This document shows, piece by piece, positions 23,679-35,707 of a DNA stretch of 64,000 nt; the stretch's first letter is position 1, and each line of letters opens with the position of its first letter. The notes under the pieces were generated by a model. The model ran no database searches. It worked only from the letters and a program-made list of their open reading frames with translations, and was not told the origin of the DNA. Both the position numbers and the translations under genes were made by a program. Origin of the DNA: Oikopleura dioica (Eukaryota > Animalia > Chordata); assembly GCA_907165135.1 (NCBI GenBank), contig OU015568.1, forward strand, positions 16,751,208 through 16,815,207, written 5' to 3'.

Positions 23679-25370
23679 ATGGAACACGAAGGAGAGGAAT
23701 TTGAAGAGGTTCACTTTGAAGATGATGGTGAGGAGCCGATGGATTCCGACGGAGAAATGGACGAAGCGGATGATGGAGACCGAGACGCTCAGTATGGAAA
23801 TGATGGAGAGGAAATTGAAAATGGTAGGGCTGAGTTTTGATAAAGATTTCTTCAATCGATTGTTTTCAGCGACGTACATCTTCGACCGTCATTCGCAGCC
23901 CGTTCAAGTCGTCATGGCCAGCCCGTGTGGTCGTTATGTTGCAACTGGTGCGGAGGATGACCGTGGCTTTGTTGTTGACACGACCAATGGCGAACTCATG
24001 ATTGCCTTTTTTGGACACAAAGGTAGGCTGTTATTCTTCCCCAGACTTGGCGTGCGAAGCTGTTTGTTGTTTACAGACACAACAGCACATACAGATACAG
24101 ACAGAAGCAGTTTCCCCTGTAGACGTTCGTGTTTTTAGAAACGATTTTCGCCTTGGCTTGGAATTGCGACTCTTCCCTCGTCGCCTCGGCCGACTTATCC
24201 GGCGAGGTGAAGGTCTGGTCGTTGAAAGAAAAGAAGATGGTTTTCAGCGCGAACGAAGGCGGTTTCGACAACGGCTACGGATTCGTCAAGTTCCATACAG
24301 TAGCTCCCAACGCTCTCCTCGTCGCTCTGGAGGACGGGAACATCTACATGTACAACGTCAAAGACGGCAACTTCAAAATGTACACAGGTCCCGTTGGGGT
24401 CGCGTGTCGCGCTGGCGAGTTTATCGCTGACAATAAACAGCTACTTGTGCTTTACGAGGATGGATCAGTTCGCAATTTCGACCTCAAGACGCAGGAAGCG
24501 CTTTCGACGGCGCAGGGAAAATCGAACGAAGCGATCTCGCTCGTTGTCGGAAAAAGCTACAGTCTCGTCGGCTTCGCTGATTGTACTGTTGGCCTGCTTG
24601 TGTCGACTCCAGAAGGGCTCAAGTTCGCGGATCACTTCAAACCGGAGGCGAATGAGAAAAAGGAAGAAGGAGAAGAGCCACATCCGATCGAAGCGGTCGA
24701 CATTTGGAGTGGAAATGGAGATTTGTTTGCTGCGGCGAGTTTATCCGGATTTCTGTACATTTATGAAAACAGGAAAATACGACTGAAGCTATTTCATCCA
24801 GACGGAGTCAATAGGGTGAAGTTTTGCCCAGGAGATAAACCACGGGTAAGAGAAATTAATGAAGGCCTTTCTCAAGATTGTCTGGTAGAAAACGACATTT
24901 AGGGTCTAAGATAGTTGATGAAAAAATCCAAAAATCAGGCTAAAATTGTTTAATTTAGCGTCATATATGCCCTCTGATTTGATAATTGCGCGTTTTCATT
25001 ATGTAATACTGATACGAACAATCTTGGCCTCGATTCTCTTGGTTTTATTGACAATCTTGGGCATCTTGTATTAATGTTTGGCCTTCAGTCTTGAGAAGGG
25101 CCTTAGGCGCAATATATTTTCTTGTTGTTTTCAATTTTTCATTTCAAAAGAATTCCCCCCAAGGTCCATTTTTAGGTGATAACAACATGCTTAGATGGAA
25201 AATTGAGAATCTGGGACTGCCGTAGTGGCGATTTGCTCATCACGCTCCATGGTCACCGTGATCAAATCCTCGACATGACTCTAGTCGGTCATTGCTGTGC
25301 CACCGCATCCGACGACACTACTGTAAGATACTGGGATCTCAATGAGCTCGAAGAAAATCCTTCCGTCTGA
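23679..25370 (+). CDS. AAMP: WD40 protein, angio-associated migratory cell protein (AAMP/Sqt1 family), multi-exon
   Basis: Acidic N-terminus, then WD repeats: FDRHSQPV, ATGAEDD, ASADLSGEVKVWS, TCLDGKLRIWDCRSG, LHGHRDQILD, ATASDDTTVRYWD. Confidence 0.85.
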
Positions 25371-26818
25371 AGCTGAAATAAATCATGAAAAAAAAGGGAA
25401 AAGACAGAAATATTGAATCGTTTCTTTCTCTGACGAAATATTTCAAAACTGAAAGTGCGTTTTTAATATTTTTTCGAACAAAGGGCAGCGCGTTTGCATA
25501 AAGCACAATTTATATTTGGCGAGTTTCCATACAGAGAATAATTTACCCTTTTCGAGACATTTTTCGCAGAATATTTTTTCTTGTGTTCGAATAACAGACA
25601 TTCTTGTCTGACGCTCAGGCGCAAACCTTCCCCGAGGGAACATAACACCCTATTCTTCCATCAGCAGCTCAGAAGATATCTCAGAAGGCAGATAGCAGTC
25701 AGAAACCCCAAAAGTGAAGGCCGCGCAATTTATCGCGAGGCGGCGCATTTTTATGACTCACTTCACCTATTATTGAGCACTACCTGGCAAAAAAATCGTC
25801 TCTCCAGGAAAAACATCGCCTTCTTCAGCGTTAACCTATTTTTGGACGAGCTCTGGAAAAGAGAGAAGCTTCAATTGAGCGACACGAGTTGACCCTCTTT
25901 GCACCTGAAAAGGCGAGAAAATATTAAGAAGTTTGAAAAAAGAAAAACTCGAAAATACGAAAACAGAGATTTCCCGGGAGATGAAGACATCAACAAATAT
26001 TCGCTCCGTCATTTTCAAGGTTTGTCAATTTTTCAATTCAAAATTCAAGAATTCGAAAATTCAACGGTTTTTTACGACTTTTCTTCTCTATTATTCAACT
26101 GGGGTGGTCCAAGGTCCTTTCAAATTCATCAGAAAAAGTCGGAACTGATCGGAATCTACCGTAAACAGCCGAGATGGTGATTTTGCCAACGGCGCAGTTC
26201 AAAATGGGTGTGTTTAGGAATCCGCTGACGCTGGAACTTTTTAACAGGATTAGCCCCTGGTGTTCTTTTGTTAAAATTAATTGATGGGGGTTATGAATAG
26301 ATTCACTAAACAAATTTCTAATTTCAATTTTTATTTCGTAGATTCATGGGGACACCCTTAATCCTTTTCCCCTGAATCTGTTGTTGTAACAGAACCATCG
26401 GAAAATTGGGGTTACACTAAATGTAGGAAAATAACAGGAATTTATTTTCCATTTTACGACGAATTAGTGTTGAAAATTTTAAATTTGAAGCATCATAAAA
26501 TCGATGAGTCTAAATCATTGATTGCCTGAGTCGACCAGCTGATGATTCTTATATAACCATCACTTGGGGAAATTGAGTCTACTGCCCCCTAGTGATCAAT
26601 AATTTCGATGTCTTCTCCCGGTCTCGCCTTTCAATCGATTCGGACATGCTTATTCATGATCAGTTATTGTCCACTCAGTGCTGCTCCTTCTCCCTTTTCA
26701 AAATTCTGAATCATTGTGAGATCAGACAGGGGAAAAAATAAAGTACAAATGAAATCGAATCCGCGGTCGTGAATGCTTTTTGAATTCGACAAAAATAAAA
26801 AGAAAGAGAAAGGAGAAG

Positions 26819-28892
26819 ATGGCGGGAAAGGTTGAAATTTCTTTCTTTCAGGTGCTTGTTTATTTTCTGTTTTTCTTTATTGGCATGGAATATGTTCTTG
26901 TTTTGCCCTCGCTGAATGGCCATTTAAAAGTAAGTCCATCATTTCTTTCTCAAAATAAAAACAATTCAAAAGAGCATAAACGTCGAATCCAGTTGGGTTG
27001 GAACATGCATCGCCATGGTCAACCTGGCAGCTCTAATAACCGCTACGCCCATCGGCAAACTCGCCGACTACCTTCAAAGCTCAAGAATAATGGGCCTCTT
27101 TGCTATCTCCTGCTCCCTCGCTGGCAATCTTGTGTATCTTTGTGTTCCTTCACTTCCATTCATCATCATTTCACGAATTTTATCCGGCATTGGATCTGGG
27201 CTGGAACCGATTCTTTTTGGATTTTTGGGGCGATCTTGCTCGTCGAAAGATAGAAGTGCGGTTTTTTCAAGGCATATGCTTGCGAGAGAAATGGGCATTA
27301 TTTTTGGACCTGCTTTGAATCTAGGTAAGAATTGATTTTTCCAAGATTGCCGACCAGAAATCGAGATTTATGATCCAAGATTACCGAAACCATTCAGCTT
27401 ACAATTCAATCGACTTCACATTATACTGTAACCGCGAGTGCCCTGAAGACTCCAGTGCTAATGCTCTGCAATTCTTCAAGCAAAACTCAACCTGCGTGAA
27501 TTCCCCCACGCCCGAGGGCTGTGACGATGACATAATCCGCATCAACGAATTCAACATGCCCGCTTTGTTCCTTTCCTGCTCCTGGACAGTGCTCCTTCTC
27601 CTCTTCCTCGCCTACTACCAAGAGCCAGCCTCGCCAGTAGAAGGATCTTCTACTGAAAGTCTTCCGCCGGCGGAAGGCTTCGAGCTTCCATCCACCGAGG
27701 AGTCCGGCCTCAGCCCCAAAAGCGCTCAAAACATCACCGTTGACGGGTCCGCTCTGATGGAATCAATTCGCTCGCTCATCGATAATCCCTACACTAGCCT
27801 GACCGTTTCAAATCATTCACTAGGCGCCAGCCCGAGGTTCGGAATCTTGATTTAACCGACTGAAGTATTTTTTAATAACCAAAGATCTCTTTCAAAACTA
27901 AAGTCTTTGAGAAGTTATCTTAATATTCTTCCTTGATTTCAAAATTATAAACTTCATGCTTAGAAAACGATCAGACAAAGAAGCGATCAAACCTTCATCC
28001 CCTCTTCTCGAATCTGAAGAAAACGATGTCATCAGCAGTGGCAAAACTTCAACTAGTTCAGTCAAGTTCAGTCCTTTAACAGAACAATTCGTCGTTATTA
28101 TGATGTCTTCATTCTGCGTCATGTTCTTAGAAAGGTAATTTACAATCGACAGATTTCGGTTGACAATTTTTCAGTGCAATGGAAGCTTCCCTAACGCCGA
28201 TGACGTACAAATTCTTCCTCTGGGAGACGCAACAAAACTCGCTCTGCTACGTCTACCTCGGTGTCTGCTGCCTGATCGGCTACATCGCGCTAATGCTTCT
28301 GCAAGGCCATTCAAAAGTCAAATTAATGGATCGGACAGCGCTGCTCATTGGAGCCATCGGCGTCGGTTCTGCTCAACTCATCGGCTTCTTTACTTTTCCT
28401 CTTGGATATTTCGGGGCTCCCTGGATCTTTCCTGTTTTTATGGGAGTTCTTGCGCTTTGCTTGGCTACACTTGTCAGTATTTTCAGAATTCATCCCTTAG
28501 TAATACAAACTCTAGCCCTTCATGCTGGTCCCTCCAGCGTCATTAATGTCTAAAACAGTTCCTCAAGACAAACAAGCGACTCTTCAAGCAGTTCGAATGA
28601 GCTTTCAAAAGGTACGCAAATTTCATATCAAAGAAGCCAATTTGTAGGTGGCAATGGTTCTTGGTCCGCTTTGGGGCACGCACACGCTCTGGAATTATTA
28701 CGTAATGATGGCGGCTCCTCTTTTCATGGCGCTTTTCGTCATTGTTCTGGAAAGGCTCGTATATTTGATAAATTATTTTTCTAAACTAATATTTTACAAA
28801 ATGAAAGCCTCAAACAGGTGATCTTTTCCTACAAATTCCTAAAAGACGAGCGTCTTGTTCCTCCCTCAATTCCCGCTCCGGTCTCACTCTAA
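26819..28892 (+). CDS. Major facilitator superfamily transporter (MFSD8/CLN7-like), multi-exon
   Basis: Many hydrophobic helices, motif-A-like PIGKLADYLQSSR, SRILSGIG and GIIFGPALN, a Cys-containing luminal loop, and a terminal exon ending VPPSIPAPVSL*. Confidence 0.8.
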
Positions 28893-29081
28893 TTATTTCC
28901 ACCAGCTGTGCCTGCGAATGATCTACTAGAAGAGGACGAAAAAACAAGAAAATATTCTTCTTCATGTAAATTTATTTTATTGAGATGATAACGTCTGCTA
29001 CTTAAAACAAAACAAACAGACAAATACATGTAAACATAGTAAAAAGTTTTATTCTTTTTTTTCTTGTTTTGCAAGAGATTG

Positions 29082-31374
29082 TTAAAATAGATCAAAAGAA
29101 GAAAATAGTTTGAATCTTAAAGTGATGTTGTATCTTACAAAGCAGCCGTGACGATAGTCTCCGTACTTGCTTTTGATTTTCTGCTTCTGTCCATCTGGCT
29201 CACTTGTTACCTCTCCTCTGCTCAGCAGCTCTCCATTTTCATAATCAATCTCCTGCACCACCGCTTTGAATCGAACTCCGCCGTCTAAAATTGAATTTTA
29301 GAAATTGAAATTTTAATTTCTTACCTTTGCTCCAGATCACGAGACGATGCCAACCATCTCCTCCATAACCCTGACGACCACCTCGGAATTTAAGATTCCA
29401 TCCATTCTCCGCCACCTCAAACTCCTGAGCACTCGCAAACTTCGCGGATATTTTTTTTTCGAAATTTTCTTTTCGCGTAAAAATCAAAAACTCCCGTTTC
29501 TTCAAGTTGATTTGAGTTTCGCCCAAAGACAGGAGTTTCAGGATGTTTCGCACTTCTTCTTCTCCCATCGCATCTCTTACTCCACCATAACCATAAGATT
29601 TCATTTTATCATCTTCAAAGTAATGCCCCGCGCCGCCAACCACCAATTCTCTTCTCAACTTCTCCAACTCATTTCCTTGTTGCTGCCCTTCATTGAATGC
29701 TGCTTGTCTTTCGTTTTTGAATTCGTCAAGTTCTCTCTTCAAATCTGCAATTTCTTTCTTCTGATTTTGATTTTCAATTCTCAAATTTTCTTCAAATTGA
29801 TTTTTTCGCTCGTTTTCAGCCAAAATGTTTTTCAAGTCTTCTTCTTGCTCTGCCACTTTTTGCTTCAGTTTTGAGATCTCGGCGAGGAATTTCTGAAAAG
29901 GGCGATTATTTTTGAAAAAATCGCGACAAAAATCGGGAATCATTTTCGCTTTACTTACTCGATTTTGAGCGGCAAGAGCTTCTTCTTTTTGCTTCTTCTC
30001 TTCGTTTAGTCGATCTTCCATAATTTCGTTGAAAGTGTTCAGTCGATCTTGTAGTTGATTAATGATCGCGGCTTTTTTCTGGTTTTCTTCCTTGATTTCA
30101 TCGAAATTCGCGAGTCGGTTTCGCAGTTCTTGAATCGTCCTGTCCTTTTGCCTCATCTCTTCTTTAAATCGTTCAACTTCGTCATTTTCATTTGGAAAAG
30201 GAGACGGAACTATGTTGCTCGCTTGCTCGCCATTTTCGATTCGCTTCAAGAATTCAAGGAAGAAAGCTTCATTTCGCAGCTCAATCGCATTTCTCGGCCT
30301 CTCGGTCCTATCAACTTTGGTGCATTTTTCGAGGAGAACTTCAAACATTTCAACTTCATCCGTTTCGCCGAAGATTTCAAACAGCGACGTCCGTTTTCCA
30401 GTTTGAATGTTTGCCACTAAAAAGAACCAAATAAACCGCTTAAAAATAAACCAATAAATTTACATATTTCTCCAGTGAGCGCTGGTCGACCATCGACTCG
30501 GCCGAAAGGATGTTCCAAAGTCAGCACTTCCTGAAAATAATGCGTCATTTTAATTTCCCAGAACTTTTTTTAAAAACCTGTAAAATCAAGGCGAATCCCC
30601 AAACATCCAATCGCGGGGACTTTTTGGCGTCTTCTTCCTTGTTGTGCATTTCTAGTAAAAAGGTTTGTTTCTTTGTTTTCATATTCACAGTGAATAATTC
30701 GCTTACCTGGAGCTGCATACAAGGGCGTGCATTTGATTCCATCGCCGCTTGAAGCAGGGTTCGGTATTTTGAATTCGCGAAATTATTCGTTTTTCATTTG
30801 AATTTCTATTTATTCGTTTACGAATATTCTCTAATGAGCGAATATTCAAAGCGAATGAAAACGAATTTTCTCGGAGAATTTTTCAGAAATTCAGCGAATT
30901 TCTCAAATATTCGCTTTGCCGCGCGCTCTGATTGGTCGGGCTTTGACGTTGCGCAGCCTATAATTTTATCTTCACCGCCTAAATAACCTTATAGCTCGCG
31001 GGCGCCGCCCTTTTCTCACCCGCGGCCCTGGAGTTCAGCCAATCCAGGGCTGTACGCTCAATTTCGAGCGAATATTCGCCCGAATTGGCGATTCGCGAAC
31101 AATCGCTCATTCGCTTAAGAAAAGAGCATATTCGCTGCGTGTATTGGCGAATTTTTCGACGAATTCAAAATACCGAACCCTGGCTTGAAGTCGTCAATGA
31201 GTGCTGCACCGACCGGACTGAATGGGCGCTTCCAAAGTCGCCGATTTTCACCTGAAAAAGTTAAAGTTTCACGCCAAGGCTCCGAATTGTTTTCTTACCG
31301 TGATGAAGTCTCGGGCCACAAAGATATTTGCGGGCTTGAGGGCGAGATGGACCTTATTTCTTCCATGGCAGTAG
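29082..31374 (-). pseudogene. Kinase family copy 2: 5'-truncated, with a MITE inserted in an exon
   Basis: Homology to copy 3 begins abruptly at 31374 (YCH...KVHLALKPANIF). The exon after GDFG is interrupted by the 30755-31182 element. The coiled-coil and C-terminal exons are retained. Confidence 0.85.
30755..31182. mobile_element. hAT-type MITE inserted in a kinase exon
   Basis: TIRs cagggttcggtattttgaattcg / cgaattcaaaataccgaaccctg; 8-bp TSD gcttgaag on both sides. The empty site is visible in the paralog near 33900-33915. Confidence 0.93.
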
Positions 31375-31513
31375 GTCTATTAATAATAATTGATAATAGT
31401 CATCGGAAAAAATATAGAAAATCTTGAAAAGAGCCTTTTTTATGCCAGTAGCTTCGAGTATCGATCTATCAAACACACAGTACTCCTCGGTAAAGCGGAA
31501 AATTTTTTTAACT

Positions 31514-31668
31514 TGAATCTTGACGAAAAAATGATAAAATCCCGAAAAAGATAATTCAAGCAAGCGAGTTGGAATCAAATTTGTCGTCTTCGAGTCCTCA
31601 AAGTCAAATAACGTATTCGGAATACGGTATTCCCCGATTTCAAGATTCCTCCCGAATCTATTCGACAA
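31514..31668 (+). other. Degenerate inverted copy of about 8553-8722 (intron/exon junction of the secreted modular gene)
   Basis: Shared tgacgaaaaa(a)tgataaaatcccgaaaa(a)gataattcaagcaagcgagttggaatca...cgaatctattcgacaa. Confidence 0.85.
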
Positions 31669-31809
31669 GGACACATTTTTATGGAAAGTTTATTTTTAAA
31701 AATTCGACGAAAAAAATAAGCTGCTCGCGCGATGACGCTAATTGCACTACATTTTATTCTTTCTCAAATTCAACAAAAATTTTAGCGTGAGTGATTCCTG
31801 AAAAAATCA

Positions 31810-32185
31810 GCAGAACCCTCAGGCGGCTGTGGAACACATGAAGAACCCCGACATCGCCCAGAAAATCCAGAAGCTAGACGACTGCGGCCTCATCTCCGTC
31901 TCCAGCCGCTAACTATAAATTGCACTCGCCGTCCAAACTCAACCGTTTCCGTCTTATTCCACTTTTGTCTAGCTCGAAGCAGTTCTTCGAGAGATTGTTT
32001 AGGCAACTTGGTATTTTTAATTAAATATTCTGTCTTGATTAGTCTACGCGGATTTCGTTGTTCACAAGTTATCTCCTTTACCCTTCAGCTTCAGACGACT
32101 TTTTAGAGACAATTTTGATTTGCTTTACTTAAGTTCAATTAAGAGCCACAAATTATGAAAATTCACGCTTTTCCCAAAAATCGTC
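31810..32185 (+). pseudogene. Inverted copy of the STIP1 last exon, 3'UTR and flank (about 10590-10966)
   Basis: cagcagaaccctcaggcggct...aaccccgacatcgcccagaaaatccagaagct...ctccagccgctaactataaattgcactcgccgtcc followed by matching downstream sequence. Confidence 0.92.
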
Positions 32186-32262
32186 AAAAAACAAGCTATT
32201 TTTTTTGAAGTCATTGCAAGCGAAGACTTGAGTTTAGTGATAATTTATTTAGACTTTCGATT

Positions 32263-34560
32263 TTACAGTAAAGTGATGTTGTATCTTACAAAACCATAGT
32301 AACCTCCCCATTTGAATTTAATTTTCTGCTTCTGTCCATCCGGCTCGCTTGTGACTTCTCCTCTGCTCAGCTCGTTTCCATTGCGATCATAAATCTCCTG
32401 CACGACCGCTTTGAATCGAACTCCGCCGTCTAAAATTAAATTTTTAAAATTGAAATTAAATTTTTTTACCTTTGTTTCCGATCCAGAGATGATGCCAACC
32501 ATCTCTTCCATAACCACCTCGGATCTTGAGATTCCATCCATTCTTCGCGGCCTCAAACTTCTGAGCACACCAAAACTTCGCGGAGAGTTTTTCGAAATTC
32601 TTATTTTTCGCTTAAAAACTAAAAACTCCCGTTCCTTCAAGTTGATTTGAGTTTCGCCGAAGGAGAGCAGTTTCAGGACTTTTCGCACTTCTTTTTCTTT
32701 CATCTCATTTCTTACTCCACCCAAATCAGGATGTTTGTCATCTTCAAAATAATGCCCCGCGCCGCCAACCGCACCCAATTCTCTTCTCAACTTCTCTAAC
32801 TCATTTTTCCTCTCCAAATCGACTCTTCTTTCCACTCTTTGAACCGGCTGAAACAGCCGCTGAACAATTGGCGCCGCAACTCTTCTCAAATCTAATTCTC
32901 CTCGTTGTTGTCTTTCATTCGAAGCCGCTTGTTCTCGATTTTTGAATTCATCAAGTTCTCTGTTCAAATCCGCGAAGTCTTCTTCTTGCTCTGCAACTTT
33001 TTGCTTCAGTTTTGAGATCTCGGCCAGGAATTTCTTAAAACGGCGATGATTTATGACAAAAATAACTGAACTGCGAAATTCGCGAAAGAGCTCGATATTT
33101 TGAAACGAGAAATCGCGACTGAAATCGGGAATCATTTTCGCTTTACTTACTCGATTTTGAGCGGCAAGAGCTTCTTCATTTATTCGATCTTCCATAATTT
33201 CGTTGAAAGTGCTCAGTCGATCTTGCAGTTGATTAATGATCGCGGCTTTTCTTTCGCTTTCTTCCTTGAGTTCATCGAAATTTGCAACTCGGTATTGGAG
33301 CTCTCGAATCGTCCTGTCTTTTTGCCTCATCTCTTCCTTGAGTTTCTCAACTTCGTCATTTTCAATTGGAAATGGTGACGGAACAATGTTGCTCGCTCGC
33401 TCTCCATTTTCGATTTTTTCCAAAAAATCAACGAAGACACCTTCATTTCGCAGCTCGATCGCATTTCGCGGCCGGCTTTTTCGATCAACACTTGTGCATT
33501 TTTCGAGAAGAACTTCGAACTCTTCGACTTCGTCCGTTTCGCCGAAGATTTCAAACAGCGACGTCCGTTTTCCAGTTTGAATGTTTGCCACTAAAAAGAA
33601 CCAAATAACGGCTTCAAAATAAACCAATAATTATTTTACTAATTTCTCCAGTGAGCGCTGGTTGACCATCGACTCGGCCATAAGGATGCTCCAAAGTCAG
33701 CACTTCCTGAAAATAATCCGTCATTTCAATTCGTGAATCCTTTTCAAAAACCTGTAAAATCAAGGCGAATCCCCAAACATCCAGTCGCGGCGACTTTTTG
33801 GCGTCTTCTTCCTTGTTGTGCATTTCTTTGAAAATGTTTGCTTCTATGCTTTCTCAGTCGTTTACCTGGAGCGGCATACAAGGGCGTGCATTTGATTCCA
33901 TCCCCACTTGAGGTCGTCAATGAGTCTTGCACCGACCGGACTGAATGGGCGCTTCCGAAATCGCCGATTTTCACCTAAACAAGTTTCAATTTCTTTCCGA
34001 GGCGCTGAATTGTTTTTACCGTGATGAAGTCCCGGTCCACAAATATATTTGCGGGTTTGAGATCGAGATGGACCTTATTTCTTCTATGGCAGTAGCTCAG
34101 CCCTGAGATCATTTGCGCCGCAATGATTCTTGCCTCGTCCAGCGTTGTTCGTCGCCCGGCTTGTTTCATTTTCTCAATCCAGTCGACCAGACTGCCGCCA
34201 GCGCAGTGCTCCATGATGATGAAGCTCATCGCTCCAAACTCAGCCCAGTCCGGAGTTTGTCGATCGAGGAAGTCGACAAAACGGACCACATTCGCGTGAT
34301 CTAAATATTTTACTTCTGATAGTCGCTTGAAAAACGTGAGAATTATACTTTCGAGGTTTTGCCAAGAAATTCCTCGAAATTTTCATCACAGTTTGCTTAC
34401 CTAGCTCTCGAAGAGTTGCTGCTTCTTGTTGCGTACTTTTCCAATGATAAGCATTTTGGAGCAGAATCGCTTTGACGATGACAGTCTCCCCAGTCGCAGT
34501 ATCCAAAGCGGTAGTCACGCCTTGGTTCGTTTCAAATTGACCAACATCGATGTTTGCGTG
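32263..34560 (-). CDS. Kinase family copy 3 (full kinase domain; 2-nt shift in the C-terminal domain)
   Basis: HLDLKPANIF, KIGDFG, CTPLYAAPE and DVWGFA motifs, a coiled coil, and a C-terminal GGAGHYF...DGGVRFKAVVQE...YNITLL. The start codon was not resolved. Confidence 0.75.
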
Positions 34561-34639
34561 CTTTCCATCTTTCTTTCAAAAAGTTGCAAAATCAATTGTA
34601 AATAACCTTTATTCCTATTGTTTTGTAACCTTAACAAAC

Positions 34640-35560
34640 TCTCAGTCATTTCAACGTATTTTCTCGCTCGAATATTGCTTCTCTTGCAGCAGAATTTGCG
34701 GTGTTTGAGAAGGGCGATCGGTTTGCTTCTGCATTCGCTTACTGCAAATATTTGACTGTTGAGCTGAGCCGACGATTTTGGTTTGATTCAGCATTCGTAA
34801 GTTAGTACTCTTCTTGCAAATAAAAATATATCTTTCTTTTTATTTATATTTAAAATGTACAAAAACAAATCTTTTGTAGGATTATAAAAACCCCACTGCC
34901 GACAACATCAGGCTCGCCAATCTGAATCGAAAACCAGAGTCAGGGTCAGAAAGATCTTAAATGAAAAGCCGCATAGTTTCGCCGCTTCGCAAAATAATTA
35001 TTCCAATCTATTTCTAAATTATGGCGATCTTTCGAACCCTGACTTTAGAAAACCTTAAGGTTTTCTGCTCAGATTGCCGAACGAAGATAACAAGATTTGA
35101 GTTTATTGCAAGAGTACAGATAAATTGATGAGAGAAAAAATAGATAAAAATCTGGTCAATCTTCGCCTTTCAAATATCAGCGACCATAAACGGCGAGAAT
35201 AATCGAATTTTTCCCTAAAAATAATTCATTAGAATTGACTAATACTTATTTTCTTTCAAACCTGCGCTCTCTTGTATTCCTTAGTTCGAGATTTTGACTT
35301 TGTCGCTTCTCCAACTGGCGACAAGAAGGGATTTTCGATCGATTTGCCAGTCCTTGTTGATGGAAGATTACTGGCCGAAGTCGACGAAAACGTTGGGTCA
35401 AGTCCAGAAAAAGTCGGCCGGAGCGACGAAAGAGTCGCTTCAGAGTCTGACAGAATTCGATCTACTGAAAATTACGAAAAAAGAAACTAAAGAGCGTAAC
35501 TTACGATCTCGGTTTCGAATGGGAAGAGCATTGACCAAGTCGTCAATAGTTAGAAAGTAA
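34640..35560 (+). CDS. Possible small multi-exon gene of unknown function
   Basis: Coding-like segments AEFAVFEKGDRFASAFAYCKYLTVELSRRFWFDSAF followed by gtaag, and DFRSICQSLLMEDYWPK...SIVRK*. No recognisable family. Confidence 0.3.
34909..35082. mobile_element. Degenerate cctgagtcagg-family MITE
   Basis: gaaaaccagagtcagggtcagaaagatc...aaaagccgcatag...ccctgact...agattgccga. Confidence 0.65.
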
Positions 35561-35707
35561 AATGTCGAATTGAAAACACAAGCAGGGTCGATGATTTGAA
35601 AAAAAAAGCAATGAATTTTCAAAAGAAAAAATTCTCCTGACTCTTGCGATTTCTTATTTCAATCGAGTTTAATTGAGATGATTGATCATTTATTTACATT
35701 TTCAATT

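Noticed and set aside
25640-26420. Possible old DNA transposon between AAMP and the MFS gene
   Set aside because: Only weak end similarity, no TSD and no recognisable ORF.
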